A stretch of 64,000 bases of DNA from the human T2T-CHM13v2.0 reference genome, Homo sapiens, in the NCBI RefSeq assembly GCF_009914755.1, contig NC_060942.1; one strand, given 5' to 3'. The notes under the pieces were generated by a model that saw nothing but the letters and a program-made list of their open reading frames with translations, had not been told where the DNA came from and did not search any database. Positions 43,081-59,279 of the stretch are shown here, piece after piece. Position 1 is the first letter of the stretch. Each line of letters opens with the position of its first letter. A program made the translations under genes and the position numbers.

Positions 43081-45519
43081 TGATGATGATGATGGTGATA
43101 TTACTATACAGTTTTGTCGAGAAATCCTGATGGGATTTTGGATAGAATTAGAAAATGAGAAAAGGAAAATAAGAAACCTAAGGTGGTCCATGTTACTGGG
43201 ATCCTTTAGATGTCCTGTAGGTCATAATACATAGGTAGCCACATCTTACCTTAAAAATCAATACCTACTTCTAGCCTACTTCTACTCCAAAAACCTGAGA
43301 GAATTGATTCTCAGTGCTGGCTGGCATACAAGAATTATCTGCAGATCTTCAGATCTTTAAAAAACAAAACCACTAACACCCATATCCCACACTTGAATAG
43401 TTAAATCTTTGGGGGTAGGGCCCAAACACTGTATTTTTAAAAAACTTCCCAAGTGATGAATGCACTGTCAGAATTAAAACTCCTATCTCAGAGTGAACCT
43501 CAGGAGCCAAGGTGGACCTTCAGGGAGAAGAGAACAGGGACATTTGAAACCTGCACTCCCTGGAATTAATAATAATGCTACTTCCATCCCCTCCTACTAA
43601 CATAAGTAATCTTAAGTATTTGAGTCATTTCAACTTAGTTTCAAAACTGAATTAGGTTGAGCAGGGTTATCAATCCTCTTTTATACAGGAGAAACCTGAG
43701 GGTTAAAAGTACTGAACAATTTGCCCAAGTTGCCAAGAGCTTAGTCAAAAGCAGGCCTGGAGAAAAGATCTCAGTCTCTAAGTCCTCCACTGTCTACCCC
43801 ACTCCTGGAGAAATATTGATTTGTTTACAGCAGCCCAGAGTCCTGCTGAGTATGTATTTTATACAGGTAAAGTGCTTTGTAATTACACATGAAAAAAAAA
43901 AATGTACAAATGCCAATTAACAACGATACGCCAAGTTAAGCCACAGGTAGTTTCAGCATTAAGCATCAGACAGGCTGATGTTTCAGTTGCAACAACGCCT
44001 TGACCGGAAGCAGGGCAGTCTGGGCAGCGTTCCCTGGGAATGCACAAGGGATCCCACAGCCTAACTTGATAGCTGGCAGTATAAACTCCCTGTCCATTCC
44101 TGTGATTAGGGGACCAAGAACAGGAACACTGGTCTGTTCAGAAGAAAGAAGGAAGAAAAAACATTTCTAAACTAATAGTTTCATTTAACACCAGCAAAAC
44201 AGCAGTTTCCCAAGTGGCTTGGTACCTGGAAGGATACTGCTGTGTTGTAGGAACTATGAAAACACCTTACCTAACTGTGCTTGCACAAAGTGGGACACAC
44301 TCCACTCTTTTGCAAGGTAAGAATTTAGAAGATAAAGATTAATTAAGCCCTGCACCCCCTCCCAGTAGAACTCACAATCATTTCTACAGGTACCGCTGTC
44401 TGAAGGAGTGTTCATGGGCCCAGACACCGCATCCTGAACCCAGTGGTGATGATTAGTCCTGCAAATTTGGGGAGCCCAAATCAAGAACATTCCCATTGGT
44501 GTGCTGTTGGTCATCTTCCCTTCACATTTATTGGGCTGGGCTCCCACTATGGGAGACAGAAGAGCAAGGAGGTGAAGATTCAGATATAGGGTGCTGGTCC
44601 CCACTCCCATCATCAGGTAAGAGTCTACACTTCTGAGGCTCGGCTTCCTCAGAAGGTATTTCATCATCTGGTGGAAATGTCTTCTGCACCAGGGTTGTTG
44701 TTAGGATTAAATAATGTATATGAAATATTTGGCCCAGTATCTGGCACATTTTAAGTGCTTAGTAGTTCTTACTATGGCAGGACTCAGGCCCTGGGAGTGA
44801 ATAAAACCAGAGAGGACTCCCTCTAGGAGAGCACAGCCAGCCAAAGAATCCCAACAGAACCATGTGCGTATAAAGTGTCATGGGAACAGAGAAGCTCAGC
44901 GCTTCCAGATTATTTCCCGAGTTAACTCCTCCTCCCCCAGCGGCGAGCCATGCTTCTGAGTTTCCGTTTACTCATTTCCATTAAAGTCTTCCTGAACCAG
45001 TAATAATCTTCCCCTTTCCCCAAATGCTTTCCACTGGAAAGCTCCCTGTAATTTAGAGCCACAAGGAATTACATGTAAATATCCCATTTGCCCAGAGCCA
45101 CCTAAGTAACTAAAAATTCAGGTATGATTTCTGAGCCCATTAGGTAGACTCCCAAGTCCCACCCAGATGCCTCCCTATCTTGCTGCTGTTTTCTCTTAAA
45201 TGACAGAGAACTAGGGTATGCAGAGCACCAGGAGAAAGAACTATAACATAATATACACAGACGGGGACAGCAGAGAGCCACTGAGCAACCTCGGGGGAGA
45301 GGAGAAAAAAGCAGAGAAGAAAGAGTCGCTCTGATGCGGTAACTGCATAGTCACATAGCACAATTATAATAATATTCAACATTTCCTATCATTTAAATGA
45401 AACAAAAGTCAATTATAACCAAAAGGCAAATCCACATGCTATGGTATCGTATGTATCGTATCATCTCAACCCAGTCTCTTCAGAAAAGAGTCAACTTTCT
45501 GTGATATCTCATTGTGTCA

Positions 45520-46224
45520 GTCACAATTCCATTTATCACACATTCTATATCTATATTTGAAGCTAATAAGGAATCGAGTCTCCATGTGGCTGATGAAGGC
45601 AAAATTTACCTGTTTACTGCCCTATGAATGTAGTTAACAGAGTAAGCAGTGTGTCCTCAGGTGATGAACTGACAAGATGGGAAGCGTTTGGTGTACAAGG
45701 AACACTGCTGAATCATTTTATCCAACTGGTTTATACCAGTAGTATACTTGTTGGTGAGGGAAGCAGTGATAGCAGAGGCTTAGAAATACCTATCAAGCAA
45801 TGCGGTCATGCTCTCACTTCAAGACTTCCCACAATCTACTTGGACAACAGACATATCAGTTTAGTACCTTCTGCATGTCCACTTTCAATGAACTTGGATT
45901 GTAAATCCCCGAGTCTGAATTGAGCACAAGGGAACATTCTTTGGAGACTGTGAATGACCTAATGGCCTAAGTGGAAAGATCACTGAAAGCTCCCATTTAA
46001 AAAGGGATGTGTCCACAGTAAGTCAGCTTTTTAAGGCTGCAATGCTGAATCCATTAACCTGCTTGCCAAAAAAGCTAAAAAAGATTTCCTCAAAGCTAAT
46101 GCATATCATGCAGCTAAAGGATATGTCCAGATCCAATCAAGTAGCTAAAACTGTTAAAATCCTACTTCCATAATTCAGCTCCTAGACTGTCAAACCTCCC
46201 TAAACAGAGCAATCAAGTATATGA
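45520..46224 (+). pseudogene. ADAD1P2: 5'-truncated processed pseudogene of ADAD1 (testis adenosine-deaminase-domain protein), C-terminal deaminase-domain part
   Basis: Translates in shifting frames to [88 protein letters not shown] and YHAAK. These are collinear with ADAD1 ([48 protein letters not shown]). It has no introns, a TGG>TGA stop at 45921 and frameshifts. The symbol is recalled, not looked up. Confidence 0.88.
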
Positions 46225-47038
46225 ATTAAGCAATCTACTATCATACTAAAAATCTTTAAGTCACTTAAGATAGTTTTCCAGAGCATACCACCTTCATTTT
46301 CAAAGCTCACTGACATAATCCAACTTTTAAAATCCATTTCTGATTCTATCACAGGATAGTTGTTTTCCTCTTCATCCAGTGGATTTACATTCTCATCTCT
46401 ATAAAAGACCAGTATATTGCTTTCCCCAGAGAAACAACCTTAACAGTTTATGATCACCATAACACTTATTGAAAGGTCATAGCCCTATAAATATTTATGC
46501 AGTCTAAGTTTGCTTCGTTTTTCTTTTTAAAAACCTGTTCCATTCCTTGACCTCTCTAAACAACCAAAGCAAGCACTGACTGAAGTTATTTTAGGCTAAG
46601 TTCTCTTCTGCGAACCACTTCACTGACCAAAATTATTAAGAGAAAGCATAGGAGCACCACTCTTTCTTAAGAAATAACCTGGGGGAAACTGCACCTTGTA
46701 TTTGGGTGCATGAGTTGGTTTGTCCTTACTCTGTCTTCAAGAGATGACCTATCTCAGAACTTACACACCTCACATACTTGCATCTGGGACTCAAGCGAGC
46801 TCTCAATTTTCCTTCCACAGGAGCATGTCAGTCTCCCCCATCTCCAATTAGTCAAACACCTATCTTTGAAGCTGTTCAATAAACATTCAACTCCTATATG
46901 TCCCTAATAGGTTACCAAGGCTTACAGACTGGACCATGGACTCCAGTTCACCTAATCCTCTACAAGTATTTACTGAAGACCTCTACACAACAGCCAGGCA
47001 CTGTGCGAGGTGCTGGGCACAGTAAAGAGGAGACATGA

Positions 47039-47401
47039 TGTCTTAGTCTGTTTTCACACTGCTATAAAGAAATACCAGAGCCTGGGTAACTTATAAGGGA
47101 AAGAGGTTTCATTCACTCAGTTCTGCATGGCTGGGGAGGCTTCAGGAAACTTACAATCATGGCGGAAGGCGAAGCAGCAGCAAGCACCTTCTTCAAAAGG
47201 TGGCAGGAAAAGAAAAAGTGCAGGGGAAACCGCCACTTATACAACCATCAGATCTCATGATAACTCACTCACTGTAGGCAAAGCAGCATGGGGAAAACTG
47301 CCCCCATGATCCACTCATCTCCTACCAGGTCCCTCCCTTGACATATGGGGATTACAGTTCAAGATGAGATTTGGGTTGGGGTACAGAGCCAAACCATATC
47401 A
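47039..47401 (-). mobile_element. MaLR solo LTR (THE1D/MSTA-like)
   Basis: tgtcttagtctgttttcacactgctataaagaaatacc...gagatttgggttggggtacagagccaaaccatatca. Confidence 0.92.
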
Positions 47402-47499
47402 CAGGGCCCTTCAAGGATCCCGGACCACATGCGGCTAATCTCCTGCAATGGTCATAAATGCATCAACAGCACCGACATTCACAGCATGTGACAGGGGAC

Positions 47500-47900
47500 C
47501 CAACCCACTGTGGGTCATCGGGAAAGGCCTCACTGGAGATGATTCAAGCTGAATCCTAGATGGATAAGGAGGTAGCTGGGCAAGATGTGGAAGGAGGTGG
47601 TTTCCAGGCTGAGAGGATACCTGTGTGATAAGTCTGGGGCATGAAGGAGGAGGGCTCGCTAAGGAATTGAAAGAGGGCCAGTGTGGGTGGGAGACAGAGG
47701 ACAGTGGTGAAAGGGGCTCAAAATGACACTGGCAAGAGATGCAGAAGCCAGATCCAGTAGGTTCTTGGGGGTCACATTACAGATTTTTTTGAAGTATTCT
47801 ATAGCCAATGGAAAACTACACATGGATTTCAAACATGGGAAAGGACATGGTCAAAACTCCATGATAAAAATATCAGATTTACAGATGGAGTGTATATGGA
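47500..47900 (-). mobile_element. L2 remnant
   Basis: gggaaaggcctcactggag...ttccaggctgagagga...gccagtgtgggtggg...caatggaaaacta. Confidence 0.55.
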
Positions 47901-49186
47901 AGAATTATTATCAGTAAGATAGTTCAGTCTTGCAATGTGCATAACCCCAGTCCCTTCCCTTTGTCCTCATATGAGCACTAACAATGATACGAAATCATGG
48001 ACATCATTTGTCCTACCACTATCCCCATACAAACTGTCTTTGAAACTCTGCCCCTGAATATTCCTTTTTTATTTGGTACTTGTATCACACCCAATTGCTA
48101 AACTGCCATTCCCACCACACTTCTGTAGAAATACTTATACAGTTTTGAAACCTCCTTATTCATGTATTATTTCATGTCATCATCAACCAGGTCTACCAAC
48201 TTTTTTCATTGCATAAGGCAATATGGAGCTAATTTGTTGTTTCAGAGGGTTGAATGGAAAAGTTTAATGCTAAGAATAGAGAAGAAATGTTCAACCTGGG
48301 TACATTAGCAAAACGGCACAATAATACCATCTAAAATTCTAGGATATCAGAAGGAAAAAATGTTCCCGAATCAACACACACACTGAGTTGCAGCCATGAA
48401 ACCAGTTGTGACTTTTGAGCTAGGAAAGTTAAGTGGGTATCTGCTGCTTAAATTACTATTACCCTAAGACCTTAAAAAGTTGCCTCCGATTTCCATCCTG
48501 CTTCTGAGATGAATTACTGAGCAGACACTATCAATAATACAGCCTGCCTATTTGGAACCGAATCATTCTCTGGAGAGCTCTATCTAGTGTTAATATCAAA
48601 CAAATTGAGCTGTCAGATAACCATAGATCCCCTAGGATGACCACAGCTACCTCAAACTCCTCTAGGCCAAATGAACATGTTTTAGAGAGATTCAGGTGCA
48701 GCTTTATCCTGAAATGTCCTTTCATGTCCAGTTGAAAACTGTGTCTGCAACTTTAAAGATAACTGGCCTGACACTCTGTGTTCCTCATAAGAAAAGACTT
48801 AGTAGAGTTTAGGAAGAGAGAAGGAGAGATGAGATTGCGTGAAATGTACCCTTTATCCACTCTACTATGAAGATGGAAGGGGGAATTCATCTTAATGAGA
48901 AAAAGTAAAATGAGAGATGGGCCCCATCTTCTCAATCTAAAACTTTGCACAAAAAGAGAGCTGTCACTGTGAAAACCATTTGAGGAGTTATGAAGTAAAT
49001 GGGAAGATCGGTTATATTTCCTGTTCTATCTGTACATGGGAGCTATGGCTGGACCCAAGGATTACAAGGAGAAGCCTTTGCCTGCTGCCTTCCTTCAACC
49101 CAAACCTGAGCAGCATGTACACACCCATCAGATGAGCGGTGCTGCCCTCAGAAGCTGTTGTTCAGAGTCCCAGTTACCATTGCTAC

Positions 49187-49605
49187 TGCTATAGTTTGGA
49201 TCTTTGTCCCCTCCAAATCTCATGTTGAAATTCAATCCCCAATATTGGAGATGGGGCCTAATGGGGGATGTTTGGTCACGTGTGCAGACCCCTGATGAAT
49301 AGATTAATGCCCTCCAGGGTGGAAGGCAGTGAGTTCTCACTCTTAGTTTCCGTGAGAGCCCATTGTTAAAAAGAGCCTGGCACCTCCCTGCTTCTCTTGC
49401 TTCCTCTCTTGCCATGTGATCTCCACAAATGCTGGCTCCCCTTTGTCTCCTGCCATGAGTGGAAGCAGCCTGGGGCCCTCTCCGGAAGCATTTACTGGCA
49501 CCATGCTTCTTGTACAGTCTGCAGAACCATGAGCCAAATACACCTCTTCTATCAACTACCCAGCCTCAGGTATTCCTTTATAGCAACTAAAAACGGACTA
49601 AGACA
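49187..49605 (+). mobile_element. MaLR solo LTR (MSTB-like)
   Basis: tgctatagtttggat...ccaaatctcatgttgaaatt...tatagcaactaaaaacggactaagaca. Confidence 0.92.
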
Positions 49606-49709
49606 ATTACTATTAAGAACAGTGACCCATGGGGATAGGTAACACAAAAGCACTCCAGTCTTGCTGGTGCTGTTTTCCTTACCAAGTATACACTACAGAC
49701 ATGTTCTAG

Positions 49710-49750
49710 AACACATATACATACATACATATATACACACACGTACATAC

Positions 49751-49791
<41 letters not shown>

Positions 49792-49792
49792 A
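49710..49792. repeat. Compound (CATA)/(TA)/(CA) microsatellite
   Basis: Read directly. Confidence 0.9.
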
Positions 49793-51572
49793 CACTTTTA
49801 GAGTGGAAATATTTTAAATCCAAAGGAGCTCAGAATCTCTGGGACAACATAAGCAAACCCTATTCCTCAATAAAATTCTCACTTTCTTACAGATGCCTTA
49901 CATACTAGGTAGCCAATAAAGCTTTTGTCAAATATGTGAGATTAATGGTAGATACTGAAATATGTGCACATCCCTATTTTAACAAGTATACATCTAGTTC
50001 TTAAAATAGAAACCCACACCAGGTGTTAAATCATCCAGGTTCTGGATACAGCCTGAGTCATACTGTATTCTTTCCACCACTTAGGTGTCAAAATAGGGAC
50101 ACATCCCAGATCTACAGCATTAGTTTTCCCCAGTGGCCCCTGCCATTGCCCTGGCTCCAAGGCCTTCCTGGGGTCCAAGCCCCCATAGATCAGAGTCTGG
50201 GAGAACATCACAAAGGACTGACCAAAACTCCTCCAACAAAGTTAAGTGATCCAAGCAGTCCCACCTTAAGTAAACTGGAAATGCATAGAAGGAAACAGAA
50301 TGAAAGAAAAGGAAGCACGCTGGTTCTGGACACAGACCACGTCACATTTATTCTTTCCAGGATGACTGAGAATATGGAGCTGGAGATGTCAAGCAAAAGG
50401 CAACTGGGTCTTGGTGTGAAAGAAGAAGTGTGGCTCTGGTCAATAAGTTACCAAGGCACACAGACCTCCCTCAGCATCCAAATAGCAAAACGGCATTGGA
50501 CAAATCATTCACATTCTCCTGACCTTGGTTTTCCCAATCAGTAGGTTAACTAAATTAAGCTCTCAACACTCCATTTGCACTTATCATTTAACCACCTTCC
50601 TGCTTCCCAGTAAGACGGTTGCCCAGGGCAACATCTTTAATGTCCACCTTTAATATATCCATGGAAAGGTCAAAGTTTGTGGCTCAACAGATAGGCCTCT
50701 CTCTAATCAGAGAGACCATAGAAGTCAATCAGTTTAGTGCTTTGTTTTCAGAATAAGTAGGTTCTATCATTATTTAGCAGGTAAGGGAAACAAGGCTCCC
50801 AGGAGGATCAGTGCCTAGCCCAAGAACACTCATCTATGGAGTCCAAAAACTGTCCTGGGTGCAAGTAGGAAATGGGTAAAAGGGCAATGTTCCCCGGTTA
50901 AAAAAAAAATAGCAATAATAATAACCATTGGATGTTTAAAACATACCCCTTATTGGCCATTCCCTCTCCTGCTATTATCTACTATCTGTCTGTGTTTAAC
51001 AGAGAACCTTCTTATTTGGGTTAACGCTGAGCTCTGGAGTCTGTTTTCACTGCTGACGTAAGGATGAAGAACAGCATCATGTCAGGACAGAGTTCCACCA
51101 CTCACGGCAGGGACGTTAAGCACCACAACATTGGCAAAATTTTCCCTTCCAAGTCCCAACATCCCATCCCCCGAGTCTTCAGTATTGTCCAGCCTCACCG
51201 TCCATTAGTCTACAGCTAGATGTGACACACTGTCCACTGTCTATTCACAGTATCTCTCTCTCACACTCATGTCTGAGCATGCTTGTCCCCGTTGCCCTCA
51301 CTCCTCAGCCTGGTACCACTAGAAGAGCACTGTTTAGAGAGTAATTGCAGTTTTCAAAGGGCTTATGCAAATAGTAATTCCTAGAATTCCATGAGACAGG
51401 AAGCACAGGGATTCTTAGATACAGTTTACAGATGAAAGACACTGAGATCCAGGAAGTTAAGGAACCTAGATATGCTCAGATCCCTAAAAAAAACTGAACC
51501 CAGAAATAGACCTTGACTCCCCAGCCAGTGCTCTTTCTACTTCTCCAAGCCCAACCCAATATTCAAGTTTAA

Positions 51573-52355
<783 letters not shown>

Positions 52356-52584
52356 TTCTAGAATCATCTCAAAAACAAAAACACCTCATCCTGCACGATA
52401 CCATTCCCCTGCTTAAAAATGTCCATGTCATTTACAGGATAAGTTCATACAAGACTGTTCGCAACTGGCCCAAATGATTTTTCTGGCCACATCCCCATCC
52501 TACCTGCACCCCCCGGCCCCTGCACACCCCCACTGCCCCCTGCCTGCATACCATCTCATCCCACACTCCAGCCACATTCACCTG

Positions 52585-52850
52585 TTTTGAGACAGGATCT
52601 CATTCTGTCACCCAGGTGGGAGTGCAGTGGTGAGATCACTACTCATTGCAGCCTCCTCTGGCCTCAGCCTCCTGGGTAGCTGGGACATTTGGGCCAATTG
52701 CAAACAGTCTTGTATGAACTTTTGTATTGTTTGTAGAGATGAAGTCCCGCTATGTTGCCTAGGCTGGTATCAAACTCCTGGGCTCAAGCCATCCTCCCGC
52801 CTTGGCCTCCCCAAATACTGAGATTACAGGTGTGGGCCACCATGCCCAGC
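52585..52850 (-). mobile_element. AluJ, diverged
   Basis: ttttgagacaggatctcattctgtcacccagg...ctcctgggctcaagccatcctcccgcc...catgcccagc. Confidence 0.9.
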
Positions 52851-55329
52851 ACTAACCTATTTTAAATCCTTCCTGAGCTTTCCTGCCAGTGGGCCTTGCT
52901 CATGCTGGTTCCTCTGCTGAAGATATCTTCCTCCCTTCCTCCACTGTTATTCACCCTTTAAGGACCAGCATAAACATTACTCCCTTTGTCAAGACTGTTT
53001 GTTCATGCTTGCCCCAGGGGTCTCTCTGTGTTTTTACTATAACAGCCTTGAATTCTACTATATTCACTTGTACAGATGTTTCTATTTCCTCAAGGGTAGA
53101 GATAAAATGTTCATCATGATGCCCCATGCATACAGGACAGGGCCTGCAAAGCACTGAAGCAGATGCTGAATGGACGGACGCGTGCACACACACTCTAGCA
53201 CTATAGATTCTTGCTTCTCATAGCAAGAAGCTATGGCCTCTCTCCCACCAGAAAGGCTAAAAATAGTACTATCTAAATAACTCATCAGCACAGGGCTGTC
53301 ACCAGCTCGAGAACATCTGGGCACAAGGAAGAGCAGCTCTGTCTTCAAACTCCAGCATGGAGTCTGATGACACTGCACTTCTCTCTGCAGAGTTAGCACA
53401 GCCATAGCTCCTGTAACTTCTAGGTCTTATCTGTCACTACTCCTGGTTCTGTGGGAATTTCTGGGTCCTACAAATTTAGAAAGCTCTGAAGCAATGGGTG
53501 TGTTAAATGAATACAGTGTTTTGTGTTTCTCTAAAACTAAATGGAAGAATGCCAAGAGCAGGATCCTTAGCACAGGCTTAAGAGCTATAGGGGAGCATCT
53601 GAGAGGAATTTCACTGAGTCCCATGCTCCAGCCCCATTTCTGTTAACAGGAGACAAATCAACAGCTGACTTCTACAATGTGCTGCATAACACAGACCATC
53701 TAGCTTCCATCACTGGGGACAAGCAACCCTCTAAGGCTTGGGCTAAAGGGAAATAGGAGCTAGAAGTCATCAAGGTCTCCTTGGTACCACTAGGCCCTGT
53801 TAATTCTCTAGGCACTCCCTTTGGAAGTTCTCCATGGACTTCAGAAAACACTGATCTCAGTCCTGTGGGAACTGATGTTATGGAGGAGGGACACTCTGTG
53901 GTTGCCCAGGCAAAAAGTGATTAGAGTATATATGCAACTTACATAACCAGGAACCATTTTTAAAAAGAGAAAAAAAAAAAACTAACATTTAGCCTCTGAC
54001 CTGTGAGGACACAGACAATAGGCCACAGTCTAGCTGAGGCTCTTCCAAGCTTCAGGGATCCAGTCCAAAGTCTGTGGAGCAGCTGGTGAAAAAGCAGCCC
54101 CATTTATGTGGGAGAGAGACAAGAGTGAGTAGGGAAGGGCATCACATTCAGGGAGTGTAGCCTGGGGGGAAATTAGAAATGAGGGTTGGTGGTGTGAACG
54201 CTGGCCCCAAACCTAACTGCTCTGTGTCCTGGGATAAACTGCTGGCCCACGTCCTTCCTCAGTTTCCTCATTTGTAGGAGCTATCTTACCTCACAAGGGC
54301 ATCAAAAGAGAATAATTCCAATCAGATACTCAACACCTCATGTGGGCATGAGATGACAGCACCAGGCACTATGGTGCATTCTAAGGTTTTTGCTAACAGT
54401 GTAGTTAAGCAGGCAAAGCATAAAAACAGAAAACATTAATCATCAATGGAAAGTAAGCAGCAGGACACACAGTTATTGGAAACCAGTACAGGATTGCATC
54501 TAGTGAGTGGAACCAGCTCACCGAGATGCCAATAGGGAGCTCCCACTGGAGGAAGGAAGAGTCCAGGAGGAAGTCCCAGAAGAGAACTTGGCCTGCAAGA
54601 CCAGAAGCAGGAGAGCAACCAGGGCTCACATTCCAGGCTGGAGTGTGCAAGGAAAGGGCCCAACTAGGCCATCAGCTGAGTTGAAGCCAGGGATTTGTGG
54701 AAAGGTATGGTGGGAGGCAAGTTCCAAAAGGCAGGTTGGAGTCACATCGTAGCCAAAGATTTACTCCTAGCCAAGGGACTCTCACCTAATCCTTCACACA
54801 GGAGAAGCCAGAAGTTGACTGAGTAGTTTAGCGATCTGGATAAAAGAAAGTATACTTATAACGATCAAGTATTATACAAATGCTAATTGCTATCATTGCT
54901 ATTCTTGGTACCTACTACTGAAGCTGGGACCTTGTCAAGGGTCCCCAGATGACAGAATAAAAATATTATAAACCACCATGAGGCATACCAGCAAATAATT
55001 TATATCAATTTTATCACTCAACAAAACTCTGCACCCAGATGGAACTGGCAAAATAAGAAAAGCCAAGGAAGCTAAGCAAATGAACTCAAACCCAGGTGAA
55101 CTGGGAAGGACAAGCCCTCCTCTACATGCAAGCATCGTGAGAAGCCAGATTCCCAAAACAACTTGGCTTTCTTGACCACACTCCTGGCCTTCCTCCTTCC
55201 ACTCTGGCCACCTGTTTGCTGGGTAGCTCCCTGGCTCCCCTCGTCCATGCACCTGTTACTTACCCCTGTCCCTTCTTCTGTGCATGTAACATAATCCTGC
55301 TGGGATCTTGTCCAGCCACATGGCTGCTA

Positions 55330-56823
<1,494 letters not shown>

Positions 56824-59209
56824 TGGAGACCTGTTTTTCTCAGTTACATCTCTAGTGCCAAGTGTACTCAGATATTTGTAGGGGACACCATTTGAGCTAG
56901 AACAGACCATGGGAGCGCATTCCAGTTGTCCTTGCCCCAGTGCTAATATTCAGGGGAGAGAGGGGTCTCTTGGGATTCCATGGGTATGGAAGACTGGAGA
57001 GACTTCACAGAAAAGAGGCAGGATGGAGAAGGAAGGAAGACATCTCAGGTGTGTGCCAAGACATGAAGAATCCAAGTTTTAAACACCTACATATACACAG
57101 GAGTATACCATGAATTCCATGGTGAAATTAACCTATCATTGCCCTTCTTCATAGCAGGGCAAAGAAGGCAGCAGGTATTTCCTAACCTTTGTCATCTAAT
57201 CCTTATAACTCTTCTGGTAAAACATGAATACCCTCATTTCTGTGACTACTGGGGACTGCAGCCCATAGAAGGTGCCTCCCTCTCAGCCCAAGGCCATGCA
57301 GCGATGACAGAGCAAGCCTAGATCCTAGTGTGAGGTCCTACACTTTCCACCAGTGCTACACTGTGTTCCCCAAGACAGACTACAGGCTTTAGGCTTCTAG
57401 ATTCAAAGAAGTGGATGCCAAAAGGGGAAAGAAGAACACAGGGCAGGAAGCCCAAGTCCCCTGAAAACAAGCTGTGGCACTCAGTTTGGATCCAGGAGAG
57501 ACGAGTTTTCATTCTAACAGGAGCATGGAGCCAGAACCCCAGGACAACAGCTTCCAGCTCTTGGCATTCCTTCCTGCCACCACCAGTCCATTTCAAAAGA
57601 AGTATCAGTGGCAATGTACAGCTCTACCAGTAAATGCACATCAGAGGCCAGGCCATGCCACGCTGCAGAATGATCAGAAGGGCTGGACTTTGATTCAGAA
57701 AGTCTGACTGCAAACTGCAATTTGAATCCACGAAGGCCTCAAGGAAAACCCCTGTTAACCCTCCACTGACATCTCCTGGATGATCTCATTATTTGAAAAA
57801 TAGTCTCAAAAGAAGTCACAGCTGGGAGGTCAACAAGAAAGAAGGGTTGGCAAGATATTTCCTTTTTCTTCTTTTTAATTGCAAAAGGCGTGCCAGAGAG
57901 CAACCTACAGCCAGAGGCAGAGCTCACTCACTGCTAAACTAAGGGAAAACGCTCAGGAGGCCGTCAAGATCCTTCCCCTGGCTGCAGAACTGTACGGAAA
58001 GTGAGCTGAACTGTAAGCTGACAAGGTTGAGGAGGTGGCAGTGGACGATCATACCATGTTCCATCCATGCCCAAACACCCTGAGAGTAAGGGGCACCAGC
58101 CACCAAAGACACATGACTTGCCTCAGTAGCATGAGGGTGAAACAGGAAGGAAGGAAAGGCGTGGCAGGAGGAGGGGAAGCAAAGATCACACAGCCATGGC
58201 AGCCACCTGGTGAGGCCTCCCAAGCGCTTTTCAGAGCACGGAATATGTCAGGACACACCGGCATCCATTCCTGTCCTTCCTGTCCCTGTCATGACATAGC
58301 CTTGGGCTTGTCAAATTCCTAGAAATGAGCAAAGGGGATCCGGCAGTTGGTCTAAATAAGACAATTCCAAAAGGTGGTCATGTGATTCCTCTCCTATCAA
58401 CTAACCACGAGCAGGCGTGACTTCCACACCTGGTCCACTGCCCCCGCTGCCTTCCTGCTCCTTCTGGAAAAGCCAGAGATGCAGTCAGAAGCTCCCTGTG
58501 TGTGTCTCTCAATTGTTCAGAATATTCCCAATCGGGTGAAGTAATGTCCAGCGAGTGGCTTGACAATAATTGTGATGAAAACCAGTTGGGACATTCACAC
58601 TTCACTTTCTGTTACACTGAACAATAAAGAAGCCCAGACTAAAAAACCGATGTTGCAAAAAAAAAAAATACAATAGTATAAAATAAAATTTTGGCAATGT
58701 TTCCTCATTAGAAATATTTTTTAAATATATTTCCTTTTTATGCCTGCAAAGATGTCATCAGTCTTTACATGTAACAGACTACTCTTTATGCTGTGAGGAT
58801 GCCCTTGTTAAAATGTCTTCGTTTTTAAGAAACAGAATGGGGATAGTAAATGGCAATTGGTGTTTTTGCTTAGGGTTAATTTATTGTGGCAAAGTAAAAA
58901 AAAAAAAAAAAAAAAAAAAGACAACTTACATCAGTGACTTGAATTCTTATTGTCGGTCTTTTACTATTTTTTCTAGTTCATGAAACCTAACGTCTGCTCT
59001 ATGCGTTCAAGTTTGTATAACACACTATAGCTTTGCACATAAACAGGGTTACAGGAACCAGAGACGCTTGCTACTTCACAGCATGTTAGATTACAACTCG
59101 GAAGTCCCTTTCTAAGAGAAATTAGGCTGTAACTCAGAGTGGCCCTGCATCTGGATGCTTAAACCTCATGCCTACCATGAGATGCTAAGGTGATCCGTGA
59201 TCAAGGCAA

Positions 59210-59210
59210 A

Positions 59211-59273
<63 letters not shown>
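59210..59273. repeat. Long (CA)n microsatellite
   Basis: About 30 CA units with one interruption. Confidence 0.97.

Positions 59274-59279
<6 letters not shown>

Noticed and set aside
50023-50544. 173-aa ORF on +
   Set aside because: No homology recognised, GTG start and no splice support.
58330-58900. Repeat-poor stretch with E-box and M-box-like motifs (cagttg, gtcatgtga, cacctg)
   Set aside because: Scattered short motifs with no coherent pattern. Not distinguishable from background by eye.
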